Of a stretch of DNA of 64,000 bases, positions 29,130 through 38,797 are shown piece after piece. Numbering within the stretch: position 1 is the first letter of the stretch; the number at the start of each line of letters is the position of its first letter. The DNA comes from an uncultured Acidimicrobiia bacterium. Lineage in GTDB: Bacteria; Acidobacteriota; Vicinamibacteria; Vicinamibacterales; SCN-69-37. The stretch covers positions 27,066 to 91,065 of the forward strand of contig CBINOO010000004.1 of assembly GCA_966252305.1 (NCBI GenBank), read 5' to 3'. A model generated the notes under the pieces. It was not told where the DNA came from, ran no database searches, and was given only the letters and a program-made list of their open reading frames with translations. A program made the position numbers and the translations under genes.

Positions 29130-31988
29130 ATGCCGGGCATGCACCGCATGCCTCGCGTTCTTCTGCGGCTGGGAATCCTGGCCGTCCTGCTCACGGCTGT
29201 TGTCTCGGCCCAGACCAGACCCACGCTCACACCGGCCGATTACGACCAGTTCGAATCGGTCAGCGCCGGTGCGTCACGCGGAGGCCTGTCGCCTGACGGC
29301 AAGTGGCTCCTGTACGCGATCAACCGGGTTGGCGGCAAAAACGAGCTCCGGCTCGCGCGTGTCGGCGAACGCGCGCCAGTGAAGGTGATCGAATACGCAT
29401 CCGGCGCGTCGTTCACCAGCGGCTCGGACTGGGTCGCCTACGGCATCGGCTACTCGGAAGAAGAGACAGAACGGATGCGCACGGCGCGCACGCCCATCCG
29501 CCGCAAGCTTGGCCTCTACGAGCTCGCCTCCGGCAAGGAGACGATCATCGAAGGTATCGAGTCGTTTGCGTTCGACCGCACCGGTCAGGCCGTGGCGATG
29601 AAACGGTACGCGCCGGCGCCGCCGGCTGGAAGTGGCACTGCTGCTGGAGGCGGTGCCCCGGCGAACGCGTCCCCTGTTGGCACCACGCTGCTCGTGCGCG
29701 ATCTGAAGACCGGCACCGAAACCACATTTGGCAACGTGAGCGAATACGCGTGGCAGCCCACCAACAACGGCCGGCTGCTCGCAATGATCATCAGCGCCGA
29801 CGGTCAGGCCGGCAACGGCGTCCACGTTTTTGATGCCGCGACGTCGCGCCTCACCGTGCTGCACGCCGCGAGTGCGGACTACTCGGGACTGACCTGGCGC
29901 GACGACTCGTCAGACCTGGCCGTGCTTCGCTCAAAGACCCTCGAGACCAAGGACGGTCCGACGGAAGTCGCGATGGCGTGGCTGGCGGTCGGCCAGCCGA
30001 ACCAGCAGGTGCGCGCACTGGACCCGACCGCGAACGGCGCAGACTCACTGCGCGGTCAGCGGCTCTCGAGTTCCCGGCGCCCCACCTGGCTTGACGGTCC
30101 TGCCGATGGCGGCGCCATGATCATGCTTGGCGTGGCCGAGTGGGCCGACAAGCCTGCGACACCGGAGGGTGGCCGTGGCGCAGCCGGCGGCCGAGGGGGC
30201 GCGGCAGCCAACGAGAAGCCGGACGTGGACGTGTGGCACTGGAACGACCACATTGTGATGCCGGCGCAGAAGCTCCGCGTCAACACCGACCGGCGCCGAA
30301 ATCTGCCCGCCGTCTGGCACCTGTCGGGAAACACGATCACGATCGTTGGAGAGTCCTTCGACGAATCCGTGTCGCCAATTCGCGGCACACGCAGCGCGCT
30401 GGTCAGTGTCTTCACCCCGTATCTGATGGAACGTTCAATCGGCCGCGGCGCATCCGACCTGTTCGTTGTCGATCTGATCACTGGCGCCCGGCGTCCCCTC
30501 AAGACTGGCGTCACGGGCAACGCGTCCGTCAGCCCGACGGGCAAGTACGTGCTTCACAGCAGCGGCGGACACTGGTGGACCATTGACTTGGCGACGGGTC
30601 GCGAGACCAACATCACACGCACGGTCAAGACCTCGTTCGTCGACCTTGAGTCCGACAGCACGGCTCCGGAGAAGCCGATGTTCGGTTCGGCCGGCTGGAC
30701 GGCGGACGATGAGGCCGTGATTCTGTATGACAAGTTCGATCTCTGGTCCGTCACGCCTGACGGACGCACGGCCACGCGGCTCACCAACGGCAGTGGCGAG
30801 CAGGTGCGTCATCGCTACACGCGTGTGGACGCAGCAGGGTTTGGCGCGCCACCGGCCCCCGTGGACCTCTCAGGCGGGTACGTGTCGCTCTTTGGTACGA
30901 TGTCCAAGCAGTCGGGTTACGGGCGCCTTGTCACAGCCAACGGCTCGACCACCGTCGAGCGACTGGTCCTGGCCGACAAGAGCATCGCAGGCCTGGCCAA
31001 GGCCGAAAACGCTGACGTCTACATCCATTCCTCCCAGGCGGCAGACGACTCACCCGATCTCTTCACCAGCGGTCCGGATCTGAAAGACGCCACCCAGGCG
31101 ACCGAGACGAACCCCTTCCTCTCGAAGTATGCGTGGACAAAAAGTGAGCTGGTCACCTACACGGTGCAGTGGAAGGGACAGCCGAAGACGACCCTGCAGG
31201 GCATCCTGCACTACCCCGCCAACTACGAGCCCGGGCGGAAGTATCCGATGGTCGTGTACCTCTACGAGAAGCTCTCGGACGGACTGCACCGCTTCCAGAA
31301 TCCGAGCGAACGCGACTACTACAACGGCACATCGCTCACGCAGAACGGCTACTTCTACTACCAGCCCGACATCATCTTCCAGCCCGGCGAGCCGGGCGTC
31401 TCCGTGGTCGAGAGCGTCACGGCGGCGGTCAAGGCCGTCACCGACAAGGGCATGGTGGACGCGGCCAAGGTTGGTGTCATGGGCCACTCGTGGGGCGGCT
31501 TCGACTCGATGTACCTATCCACGCACTCGAAGGTCTTCGCCGCAGCCGTCTCCGGCGCCGGCATCTCGAATCTGATCAGCAACTACGGCAGCCACCACTT
31601 CTCATCCGGCATCGCCGAGACCGATCACATCGAGACGGGTCAGCAGCGCATGGTCGTGCCGCTGTACGAAGACCTGCAGCGCTACATCCGCAACTCGGCC
31701 GTCTTCGGGATCTCGACCATGACCACGCCGATGTTGCTGATGACCGGTGATAACGACGGCACGGTCTACTGGCACCAGTCGGTGGAGTTCTACAACATCG
31801 CGCGACGGGCCAGGAAAAACGTCGTCATGCTGGTGTACAACGGCGAAGACCATGGCTTGCGCGTGAAGAAGAACCAGGTCGACTATCACCGCCGCATCCG
31901 CCAGTGGTTCGATCACTACCTCAAGGGCGCGCCCGCTGAGAAGTGGATGACCGACGGAGTGACGGCGCTCGAACGCCAGGGCCGATAG
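29130..31988 (+). CDS. S9 family (prolyl oligopeptidase/DPP-type) serine peptidase with N-terminal beta-propeller region
   Basis: Signal peptide is present. The C-terminal alpha/beta hydrolase has GVMGHSWGG (nucleophile elbow), then ...GDNDGTV and ...GEDHG. Confidence 0.85.
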   Translation: MPGMHRMPRVLLRLGILAVLLTAVVSAQTRPTLTPADYDQFESVSAGASRGGLSPDGKWLLYAINRVGGKNELRLARVGERAPVKVIEYASGASFTSGSDWVAYGIGYSEEETERMRTARTPIRRKLGLYELASGKETIIEGIESFAFDRTGQAVAMKRYAPAPPAGSGTAAGGGAPANASPVGTTLLVRDLKTGTETTFGNVSEYAWQPTNNGRLLAMIISADGQAGNGVHVFDAATSRLTVLHAASADYSGLTWRDDSSDLAVLRSKTLETKDGPTEVAMAWLAVGQPNQQVRALDPTANGADSLRGQRLSSSRRPTWLDGPADGGAMIMLGVAEWADKPATPEGGRGAAGGRGGAAANEKPDVDVWHWNDHIVMPAQKLRVNTDRRRNLPAVWHLSGNTITIVGESFDESVSPIRGTRSALVSVFTPYLMERSIGRGASDLFVVDLITGARRPLKTGVTGNASVSPTGKYVLHSSGGHWWTIDLATGRETNITRTVKTSFVDLESDSTAPEKPMFGSAGWTADDEAVILYDKFDLWSVTPDGRTATRLTNGSGEQVRHRYTRVDAAGFGAPPAPVDLSGGYVSLFGTMSKQSGYGRLVTANGSTTVERLVLADKSIAGLAKAENADVYIHSSQAADDSPDLFTSGPDLKDATQATETNPFLSKYAWTKSELVTYTVQWKGQPKTTLQGILHYPANYEPGRKYPMVVYLYEKLSDGLHRFQNPSERDYYNGTSLTQNGYFYYQPDIIFQPGEPGVSVVESVTAAVKAVTDKGMVDAAKVGVMGHSWGGFDSMYLSTHSKVFAAAVSGAGISNLISNYGSHHFSSGIAETDHIETGQQRMVVPLYEDLQRYIRNSAVFGISTMTTPMLLMTGDNDGTVYWHQSVEFYNIARRARKNVVMLVYNGEDHGLRVKKNQVDYHRRIRQWFDHYLKGAPAEKWMTDGVTALERQGR

Positions 31989-31994
31989 CCGCCC

Positions 31995-33404
31995 GTGACG
32001 ACACCGGTGAGCTTCGGGCAGGCGGCCGCCCCGATCGGGGTGCTGGCGGTGCTGATCCTCTATGGACTGGTGCTGCGCCCGCTGGCCTTCGGCCAACCAT
32101 CGCTGCCGCTGGAAGTGGTCTTCCCTCTGGCGTCCGTCTTTGCCGTCGCGCATCTGTATCGACTGGGACACTCCTGGGACGACATCCAGGCCTCCATCGT
32201 CGCGCGCATGGGCCGCGGCATCCCGGGCTTCTTCATTCTCGCGGCCATCGGTATGTTGATTGGCAGCTGGATGGTCGCCGGCATCATCCCGATGCTGGTC
32301 TACTGGGGCGTGCAGCTGCTTGAACCGCGGTGGCTGTATGCGCTGGCGTTTGTCGTGCCCGGCATCTTCTCGATGCTGACGGGCACGTCGTGGGGTTCTG
32401 CGGGCACCGTCGGCGTCGTCATCATGGGCATCGCGTTGTCGGTCGGTGCTGACGTCGGCATCACGGCCGGGGCCGTGGTGGGCGGCTCCTACTTCGGCGA
32501 CAAACTCTCGCCGCTGTCGGACACCACCAACATGGCAGCGCTTGGCGCCGATGTGAACCTGTTCGACCACGTGCAGGCGATGTTGTGGACGACGATCCCC
32601 TCAGCGCTCGTGGCGTTGTCTGTGTACGTGACGGTTGGCCTCCTGTATCCGCCGACCGGCACGGGCACCACCCCCGAGTCGATGGCGTTTCTCGCCGGAC
32701 TCGACGCAATGTTCAACTTCACACCGCTGCTGCTGATTCCACCGGCGGCCGTGTTGTTCGGGTCACTCAAGCGGTACCCCACGATCCCGGTGCTGGGCAC
32801 CGGGATCCTGCTCGCAGCCGTGCTCGCGCTGCTGACGCAGCCGTTCACGCTGGCCGATGTCGCGGCGTCAATCACAACCGGCTTCTCTGCCGCGATGGCG
32901 ACATGGGTCACCGACGCGCCGCAGGGGGTGGTCTCACTCGTCTCCCGCGGCGGGCTCTACTCCATGCGCGAAGCCATCTTCGTCGCGTTCCTCGTCTTTT
33001 TCTTCATCGGCATCATCGATCGGATCGACGCGATGTCGATCACGGTGACGCGCCTGTTCCGGTTCGCGACCACGCCAAAGGCCGTGGTGCTCTCCTCGCT
33101 TGGCGCCACTGGCGTGACCAACGCGATGACGTCCAACCAGTACGCCACGTCGTTCATCATCGGCGATGCGTTCCGGAAGAAGTACGACGAGCAGGGCGTG
33201 CCTCGACGCATCCTGTCGCGGTCGATTGAAGACTACGGCACGATGCTCGAACCCATCGTCCCGTGGCACCCTTCCTGCCTGTTCATGGTGGCAACACTCG
33301 GCGTGCCCGTGGCGGCCTACTGGCAGTGGGAATTGCTGACGCTCGCGAACCTGGTCATCGCGCCGATTTTTGTGCTCGCGGGCCTGGGGTTACGACGACG
33401 GTAG
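31995..33404 (+). CDS. nhaC: Na+/H+ antiporter NhaC family (paralog 2)
   Basis: GTG start. Contains GSYFGDKLSPLSDTTNMAAL, the same motif as paralog 1. Polytopic. Confidence 0.85.
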   Translation: MTTPVSFGQAAAPIGVLAVLILYGLVLRPLAFGQPSLPLEVVFPLASVFAVAHLYRLGHSWDDIQASIVARMGRGIPGFFILAAIGMLIGSWMVAGIIPMLVYWGVQLLEPRWLYALAFVVPGIFSMLTGTSWGSAGTVGVVIMGIALSVGADVGITAGAVVGGSYFGDKLSPLSDTTNMAALGADVNLFDHVQAMLWTTIPSALVALSVYVTVGLLYPPTGTGTTPESMAFLAGLDAMFNFTPLLLIPPAAVLFGSLKRYPTIPVLGTGILLAAVLALLTQPFTLADVAASITTGFSAAMATWVTDAPQGVVSLVSRGGLYSMREAIFVAFLVFFFIGIIDRIDAMSITVTRLFRFATTPKAVVLSSLGATGVTNAMTSNQYATSFIIGDAFRKKYDEQGVPRRILSRSIEDYGTMLEPIVPWHPSCLFMVATLGVPVAAYWQWELLTLANLVIAPIFVLAGLGLRRR

Positions 33405-34670
33405 CGTGCCCGCCAACTCAGCCGCGTTCCGCCCGGCCGCGGCGCGCAGGTCGTCACTGACGCGCATGTCGTCAGAGGCCCGGTGCCAGAACTCGCGTGC
33501 GGCCGCACGCACGTCGTCCCACACGTCAAGCATCGCGGCGGTGGCGACAGGCAGCGGAAGGTCTGGTGTGCGCACGCGACCATCAGCCGCGGGCGCATAA
33601 AACATCGACACCGGATCAAAGGCCGGGGCCAGCGCCCACTCCCCCTGTTCGTCGCGCACAAACGCCACGTTGAAGGGATGCCTGTCGGTGTTGCCGATGC
33701 AGACACCGAATGCGTCCAGCCACCTCAACCGGCGCGCGTCGTCTGCACTGATGCGCCTTGCTGACAACAGACGTGTTGCCGCCGCCGACCACGAGTCACC
33801 AAGGTCGTCATGAACGGCCGCAAGACTCATGACGCCCCTCCGACCGCGAACACCGACCCGATCAAAACGCTCAACCTCCAGACAGACGTGCGAAGGAAAC
33901 GTCAGCACCTCAGCGCGCGACGCAGGGATACCGTGAGCGTTGATGACCTGCAGTGCGTGCCACTCGAGCACAAGCAGATCACACCAGCGTCTGGCGACAC
34001 GGTCGGTGTCCTGCCCCCACGCGGCGAACTTGACGAGCACGTGCCGGTCGTCCACGAACGCGCCGAACTTCGGCCGTTCACCACCGGCGGATGAGCCGGG
34101 AGGGTTCCCCGTCATCGACACTTCCGCCAGTCCTGGATAGTCGTCGCGTGTGTGACCCGTCACAGGCATGGCCTGCCACCGCGCAAACGATTCGTCGCCA
34201 ACAATCAGATTGCCGGTGAGATCCTCTCCTCGCCGCGTCAGTGCCAGCAGGATGTGATGGTCCGACCAGCCATCGAGCCGGTCAGGCAACTGCAACTCCG
34301 GGAATCGCAAGGCGAAGTGGCGCCCGAGAAATCCGGCCGGCCGATTGTCCACGAGTTCAATCGGCAACCCCCGCTGCGTCTCGCCTTGGGGCAGCACCGC
34401 AGTTTCGCCGCCGGCCAGCGTCACAAGGGTGCCAACCGGGACGACGGCGCCGGTCTCGGAGATGCGCACGATGGGAAAGTTGCCCCCCGCCAGGCCCGGC
34501 CATGTCTGTCGCCACCCGTACCTGGTCGCGCGTGCTCGACCGAGTCGGACGACCGCATCGGCCTCGGCCCGGACCATCCGCATGAGCGTTGCGGGCGAAA
34601 CGCCGAGCTCCCGCTGCAGGTCAGCGGCGGGGACAACCCCACGAGCCAGCACTTGCGCGACCGTTGACAT
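33390..34670 (-). CDS. HipA-family Ser/Thr kinase toxin homolog with fused N-terminal HTH (YjjJ/HipH-like architecture)
   Basis: The N-terminus (AADLQRELGVSPATLMRMVR) is HTH-like. HipA motifs are SSAGGERPKF, GNTDRHPFNVAF and PAFDPVS. No adjacent hipB-like ORF exists. Confidence 0.75.
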   Translation of the reverse strand: MSTVAQVLARGVVPAADLQRELGVSPATLMRMVRAEADAVVRLGRARATRYGWRQTWPGLAGGNFPIVRISETGAVVPVGTLVTLAGGETAVLPQGETQRGLPIELVDNRPAGFLGRHFALRFPELQLPDRLDGWSDHHILLALTRRGEDLTGNLIVGDESFARWQAMPVTGHTRDDYPGLAEVSMTGNPPGSSAGGERPKFGAFVDDRHVLVKFAAWGQDTDRVARRWCDLLVLEWHALQVINAHGIPASRAEVLTFPSHVCLEVERFDRVGVRGRRGVMSLAAVHDDLGDSWSAAATRLLSARRISADDARRLRWLDAFGVCIGNTDRHPFNVAFVRDEQGEWALAPAFDPVSMFYAPAADGRVRTPDLPLPVATAAMLDVWDDVRAAAREFWHRASDDMRVSDDLRAAAGRNAAELAGTLPSS

Positions 34671-34745
34671 GAAATGATTTTATCACGGCATAATGGCCAT
34701 ATTTCTGGCGTAATGCCGCGCTACTGAAATGATTACTGAAACGAT
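34670..34745. promoter_or_regulatory. AT-rich upstream region of the hipA-like gene with nested repeats (candidate promoter/operators)
   Basis: TGAAATGATT occurs at 34670-34679 and 34725-34734, with TGAAACGAT at 34737-34745. GGCATAATGGCC (34687-34698) and GGCGTAATGCC (34707-34717) lie between them. Confidence 0.4.
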
Positions 34746-34747
34746 AT

Positions 34748-35278
34748 TCAGATGCCGAGCCGCGTTCGCATGGCCGTGATCTGGGTCACGTGATGCCGTC
34801 CATGCCAGGCGTAGAGTCCCAGCAGTTCGGTCAGGGTCAACGGCCCTTTGTGCTCGGGATGGCGAATGGTCCTGGCGAACGCCGCGGGTTCAAGTGACGA
34901 CAGCAACATGGCCAGGCGTTGATGCACGCCGTCCACGATTCCAAGCGAGAGGGCGACCGGAGCGACCCGCGCGTCCACTGTCTCGGCCCATGCAGCTTCG
35001 GCGTAGGGCTTGATGGTCGGCTCGTTTTCGGTCAGGCCCAGCTTGAAACGCGTGAACGCGTTCATGTGGCTGTCGGCGAGGTGATGGGTGATCTGTCGCG
35101 GCGTCCATCCGCCATCGCGATACGGCGTGTCCAACTGTGCGTCAGTGAGTCCTCGCACGGCAGCCGACAGCGCGGCGGGCAACCCGGCGATCTGCGCGAT
35201 GGCCTCCGTCCGTTGTGCGTCGCTCATCTCTGCGCTGCGCGCCCACTTGCCTATCGGATATCTGAGGTCGTCTGTCAT
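34748..35278 (-). CDS. DinB/YfiT-like metal-dependent protein
   Basis: The MTDDLRYPIGKW... N-terminus, followed by ...RQITHHLADSHMNAF...YAWHGRHHVTQI, gives the YfiT/DinB_2 His pattern. Confidence 0.7.
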   Translation of the reverse strand: MTDDLRYPIGKWARSAEMSDAQRTEAIAQIAGLPAALSAAVRGLTDAQLDTPYRDGGWTPRQITHHLADSHMNAFTRFKLGLTENEPTIKPYAEAAWAETVDARVAPVALSLGIVDGVHQRLAMLLSSLEPAAFARTIRHPEHKGPLTLTELLGLYAWHGRHHVTQITAMRTRLGI

Positions 35279-35285
35279 GGACGCA

Positions 35286-36650
35286 TTATGAGGTGATCGT
35301 GGTGTGCGAGTCAGGACAGAAACGCCGGCTCCTCCAGCCCCAGACCCACAGCAGTGTTGAGCCGATGAGTATCAAGCCGATCGACAGTCCCGTCCAGAGC
35401 CCAGCCACACCCCAGCCCTTCTGGAAACACAACACGTACCCGACCGGAAGGCCGATCACCCAGTGCCCAATCAGATTGGCCACCATCGGCGTTCGGGTAT
35501 CGCCAAGCCCGCGCAACGCGCCGGTCGTAACGGTCTGCAGTCCATCGAACAGCTGAAACACCGCACAGATGAAGAGCACCGTGACCCCTACCGCGATGAC
35601 GTCAGCATCGCGCGTGTAGATGCGAATCAGCTGCTCCGGTATCGAGAAGAACACGAGCGCCGAGACGGTCATCACGGCACACGACAACGACACCGCCATC
35701 CACCCTGCCCGCCGCATGCCTTGCGGGTCCCGCCGCCCCACAGCCTGGCCCACGCGCACGGCGGCCGCTGACGACAGGCCAAACGGGATCATGAACACGG
35801 CGCCGGCAATATTGAGCACTACCTGATTGGCGGCTGCGGCGAGCGGCGCGATGCGGCCGGCAAGGGCGGACGCTGCCGCGAACACACCGACTTCGAGCGT
35901 GATCTGGACGGCCGCCGGCCACCCCAGCCGGAAGAGCCGCCACATGCGCCCGGGGTCCCAGGCAAACGGGACATCATGCAAACCGGACGGTCGCTCGCGT
36001 TCCTGATACACCACGACGCCAAACAGGCTGGCCGCCAGCGCCACACGCGACACGACCGTTGCCCATCCTGCGCCACGAACACCCAGCGCGGGGAATCCCC
36101 AATGGCCGTACACCAGTGCCCAGTTCGCCAGCGCGTTCATCACGTTGGCGGCGACCAGCGCCACCATGATCGGGCGCACGAGATTCATCGCCTGCAGGTA
36201 TCGGCGAAAGACCACGTACGCAAACAACGGCGGCGCAGACCAGATCAACACGTCGACGTATGCCTGCAGTGACGGCAGGAGGTCTTCGTGGAACCCGAAC
36301 GACGGCAGCAACCACACACCAACGCCGGCCACACACATCAGCACCACCGCCAGCACCGCCGCCAGCTGCAGGCCGGCAAACAACCACCGGTGGCACTCGT
36401 CAATCCGCCCGGCTCCGAAGCTCTGCGCCACAAACGTATCCAGGGCCAGCAGCGTGCCAAAACCAAACACCATCAGCGTCATGAACAGGATGCTGCCCGT
36501 GCCGACCGCGCCAATCGCGGCCGGCCCGAGAGGCCCGACCATCACGGTGTCGACGATGCTCATGGCGAACCAGCCGAGTTCGGCCAGCACCACCGGCACC
36601 GCGAGTCGCAGCATTGGCCGCAACTCGCCTTCGTCAGGCGAACCGCTCAC
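35286..36650 (-). CDS. MATE family efflux transporter
   Basis: 454 aa with 12 predicted hydrophobic segments. The N-terminus (LRLAVPVVLAELGWFAMSIVDTVMVG) is typical of MATE/NorM. Confidence 0.85.
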   Translation of the reverse strand: MSGSPDEGELRPMLRLAVPVVLAELGWFAMSIVDTVMVGPLGPAAIGAVGTGSILFMTLMVFGFGTLLALDTFVAQSFGAGRIDECHRWLFAGLQLAAVLAVVLMCVAGVGVWLLPSFGFHEDLLPSLQAYVDVLIWSAPPLFAYVVFRRYLQAMNLVRPIMVALVAANVMNALANWALVYGHWGFPALGVRGAGWATVVSRVALAASLFGVVVYQERERPSGLHDVPFAWDPGRMWRLFRLGWPAAVQITLEVGVFAAASALAGRIAPLAAAANQVVLNIAGAVFMIPFGLSSAAAVRVGQAVGRRDPQGMRRAGWMAVSLSCAVMTVSALVFFSIPEQLIRIYTRDADVIAVGVTVLFICAVFQLFDGLQTVTTGALRGLGDTRTPMVANLIGHWVIGLPVGYVLCFQKGWGVAGLWTGLSIGLILIGSTLLWVWGWRSRRFCPDSHTTITS

Positions 36651-37570
36651 AACCCGGGCTCCGTGACGTAGGTCTGCCCTGCCAGGTAGGCCACCTGGCA
36701 GCGGCGCACGTGATGACGGAGCAACGTCATGGGCACCAGGCGTGAGATGCGCCCGAGGCGGTAATCCTCGATCGCCGTCAGCAGTTCGTTGCGATCGCCC
36801 GCGTCGAGCATGGGCCGGAAGTAGCCGAGCATGTGCTGCATCACGTTGGTGTGTTTGCGAGGCGTGGCAATGAGCCGCATCGCCTCCATCAACCCGGCCG
36901 TGTAGGCGTCTCGCAGCTCGGCGCGCGGCATCTGCGTCGCGTCTGCCACGAGCCGGCCAAGGCGCCTGTAGCCTTCGGTCGAATGCGCCAGCACGGCCAG
37001 CTTGTGCGCCGTGTGAAAGGCGACGAGGCCACCCACCGTCCAGCGTCCGGCAAACAGCGACTGGAGGCGATGATAGGCGACGACACGTTCCAGGAAGTTC
37101 TCGCGCAACGCCTCGTCGAACAGCCGCCCTTCTTCCTCAACAGGCAGATGCGGCCAGCGTTCCAGCAGCGCTTCGGCATAGAGTCCGCGACCACCGCGTG
37201 ACGGCGATCCGTGCTGGTCGTACACCTTCACGCGCACCATGCCGCAACTGGGCGAGTCTTTCTTGAGCACGTAGCCGGAAAGGTCCTCGTCCTTGAGCTG
37301 CTCGACGCGACGCCTGGCATACGCTCGCATCGCCGTGGTGTAGTCATGGCCATCGGCCATCACCATCCGCACATCGTCTCCGCGACGAATCAGGCGGAGT
37401 GTCTGGCGCGGTGTGCCGAGGCCGAGCTCAACCTCCGGACAGACGGCGACGAACTCGACCCGTGGCCCGAGGGTGTCGACCAGGAAGTCGTGCCGCTTGT
37501 GCCCACCGTCAAACCTGACCGGCTGACCGAGCAGGCAGGACGACACACCGATACGAACGGGCCGGGACAT
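36647..37570 (-). CDS. YbgA-family protein (DUF523 + DUF1722)
   Basis: IGVSSCLLGQPVRFDGGHK...KKDSPSCG is the DUF523 part. The C-terminal helical part is HKLAVLAHS...MLGYF. It overlaps both flanking genes by 1-4 nt. Confidence 0.7.
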   Translation of the reverse strand: MSRPVRIGVSSCLLGQPVRFDGGHKRHDFLVDTLGPRVEFVAVCPEVELGLGTPRQTLRLIRRGDDVRMVMADGHDYTTAMRAYARRRVEQLKDEDLSGYVLKKDSPSCGMVRVKVYDQHGSPSRGGRGLYAEALLERWPHLPVEEEGRLFDEALRENFLERVVAYHRLQSLFAGRWTVGGLVAFHTAHKLAVLAHSTEGYRRLGRLVADATQMPRAELRDAYTAGLMEAMRLIATPRKHTNVMQHMLGYFRPMLDAGDRNELLTAIEDYRLGRISRLVPMTLLRHHVRRCQVAYLAGQTYVTEPGL

Positions 37571-38754
37571 CAGCGCACGGCAGTCATCATGAGTTCGATG
37601 AGCCCAGTCGGATTAACCAGCCGCATGCCAACCGTCGCCCTCGCAGGCGGTTCGGTCGGGAAGAACTCGCGATACACGCCATTCATCGTGGCAAAGTGCG
37701 AGAGGTCCGGCAGGTAGACGGTGGTGTCGATGACGTTGCTGAACGTGAGACCTTGCGCGGACAACGTCCGCTCGATCCGAGCCATCGTCTCGCGCGTTTG
37801 CGCCGCGACGTCGCCGACGTTGGCGTCTGTGTTGCCCAGCACACCTGAGAGGTAGAACCGGTTGCCCGTACGAATCGCGGCCGAGAGCGGCAGCGTCGGT
37901 GACACAGCCGGGCCGACCACCTCGCGGTCACCATCGGTTGCGGTCAGCGTGATCTCGACCAGGTAGTCCGGCGTCATCAGCGGCGTGACTGCCGTGGCGC
38001 GAGCCGGGGGGTTGTTCGGGAAGTACGTCCGGTACACGTCGTTCATCGCCATGAAGTTCGCGGCGTCGGTGATGTACACCTTGGCGGCAACGACGTTTTC
38101 GAGACCGAGTCCGGCCTTGCCCAGCAGCACCTTCGCGTTTTCAAGCACGGTCCGTGTCTGCGCCGCGATATCCCCAGGCGCGAACGTGTCGTCTTCACCC
38201 TTTCGCGAGATCAAGCCGGACAGGTAGACCATCCCGCCGGCGCGCACGATGAGTGAGTACGGCCGTGTTGACTTCACCCAGCCATCCGGATGCATCGTCT
38301 CGCGAGGAGCGCCGTTGAGCACGGCAACAGCCGCAATCTCGACCAGCGCTCCGTTGAGCAGGTCGGATGCCACGGTGGTGCGTGTCGGCGCGTCGGCAGC
38401 AAAAAACGGCCGGTAGGCTTCGTTCATCGCCGCAAAATCACCCGGGTTCTTGATGAAAACGGAAGTGCTGACGACCTGGGCCATCGACGAGCCGGACGCC
38501 TCGAGAATTTCTCCCATCCGCTCCAGAATGCGCCGCGTCTGGGACGCCACGTCCGGTCCGACCATCTGTCCATCCGCCCCGGTGCCAAGCAGACCGGACA
38601 CGTAGACCAGCCCGTCGGCCACAACCGCCGGACTGTATGGACCAATGGGCGGAGCCCCGGCCGTGACCACTCGTTTCACACCCTGTTCCATCGTGTCTGC
38701 TCCCATACAAGCCATCAGGGCGAGGCCCATGGCCACGATCAACGTGCGCTTCAT
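37570..38754 (-). CDS. exported protein made of three tandem RidA/YjgF/L-PSP domains
   Basis: Start is the ATG at 38754 (MKRTLIVAMGLALMAC, signal/lipobox-like). Three consecutive RidA modules of roughly 120-125 aa are present: PIGPYSPAVVADGLVYVSG, TRPYSLIVRAGGMVYLSG and LPLSAAIRTGNRFYLSG. Each module ends in P(P/T)ARxT. Confidence 0.8.
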   Translation of the reverse strand: MKRTLIVAMGLALMACMGADTMEQGVKRVVTAGAPPIGPYSPAVVADGLVYVSGLLGTGADGQMVGPDVASQTRRILERMGEILEASGSSMAQVVSTSVFIKNPGDFAAMNEAYRPFFAADAPTRTTVASDLLNGALVEIAAVAVLNGAPRETMHPDGWVKSTRPYSLIVRAGGMVYLSGLISRKGEDDTFAPGDIAAQTRTVLENAKVLLGKAGLGLENVVAAKVYITDAANFMAMNDVYRTYFPNNPPARATAVTPLMTPDYLVEITLTATDGDREVVGPAVSPTLPLSAAIRTGNRFYLSGVLGNTDANVGDVAAQTRETMARIERTLSAQGLTFSNVIDTTVYLPDLSHFATMNGVYREFFPTEPPARATVGMRLVNPTGLIELMMTAVR

Positions 38755-38797
38755 CACGGCTCCCCTTCCGGGAATAGAATAGCCCCCTCTGGAGGTT

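Noticed and set aside
33264-33279. TGGCACCCTTCCTGCC, which has correct GG-N10-GC spacing
   Set aside because: It lies inside the nhaC2 coding sequence near its 3' end. Only a convergent gene lies downstream, so there is no plausible transcription unit.
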